Source: Paraspadella gotoi (lineage: Eukaryota > Animalia > Chaetognatha). Taken from it: DNA of 7,417 nucleotides. Below the pieces are notes generated by a model. It was given only the letters and a program-made list of their open reading frames with translations, did not search any database and had not been told where the DNA came from. Where the stretch lies: positions 5,058-12,474 of the forward strand of contig JBJCIZ010001199.1 of assembly GCA_051294375.1 (NCBI GenBank), in the 5' to 3' direction. The translations under genes were made by a program, and so were the position numbers. Below are positions 7,199-7,417 of the stretch, piece by piece. Each line of letters begins with the position of its first letter. Position 1 is the first letter of the stretch.

Positions 7199-7417
7199 AT
7201 GAATGATTCATCGCGTCAATGAAATGAATCTCACATTCAAATGCATGATTGAAATTCATATCAATGAAATGATTTCATCACATCAAGATGAATGACTATC
7301 ATCGCATCAATCATTTGATTATCATCACACTCAGTTATTTTGTTCAATCATCGCATCTAATTATTGGTTATCATCGCATCAATATTGGTTATCATGCGGC
7401 ATCAATATTTGGTTACC
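7199..7417 (+). repeat. Degenerate 21-26-bp minisatellite with core TCATCGCATCAAT, about 9 units, continuing past the window end
   Basis: Cores or variants start at 7208, ~7229, ~7255, 7275, 7299, 7322, 7348, 7371 and 7392. Confidence 0.9.

Noticed and set aside
7199-7417. CRISPR array or telomeric repeat
   Set aside because: The core is only 13 bp and degenerate. The linkers are 8-13 bp and related to each other rather than unique. No cas genes are present, and there is no G-rich strand or unit homogeneity.

Overview
This is AT-rich, eukaryote-like DNA with long homopolymers, (CT)n tracts and splice-signal-like motifs, and no operon structure; the taxon cannot be assigned from sequence alone. 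It has four main parts. (1) A minus-strand ORF (1985-3145, first ATG at 3061) encodes a low-complexity charged protein made of a 15-bp EERRR array, a Pro-rich linker and a 12-bp EKVA array. Two more minus-strand ORFs tile upstream to 3740. (2) A heavily frameshifted plus-strand non-LTR retrotransposon (LINE) ORF2 remnant spans about 3851-4720 and is not evident from the ORF track; a TSD-like, poly(A)-containing footprint sits at its left edge. (3) Several repeat systems are present: CGTCA-rich short repeats at 339-608, about eight co-oriented 'AAAAC(G)..(CT)n..TnAn' modules at 5374-7170, and a 21-26-bp minisatellite running off the right end. (4) The remainder is unexplained AT-rich sequence. 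No RNA gene, CRISPR array or recognisable enzyme gene is supported. I found no convincing new multi-gene system. Some of the small indels could be long-read errors rather than biology.
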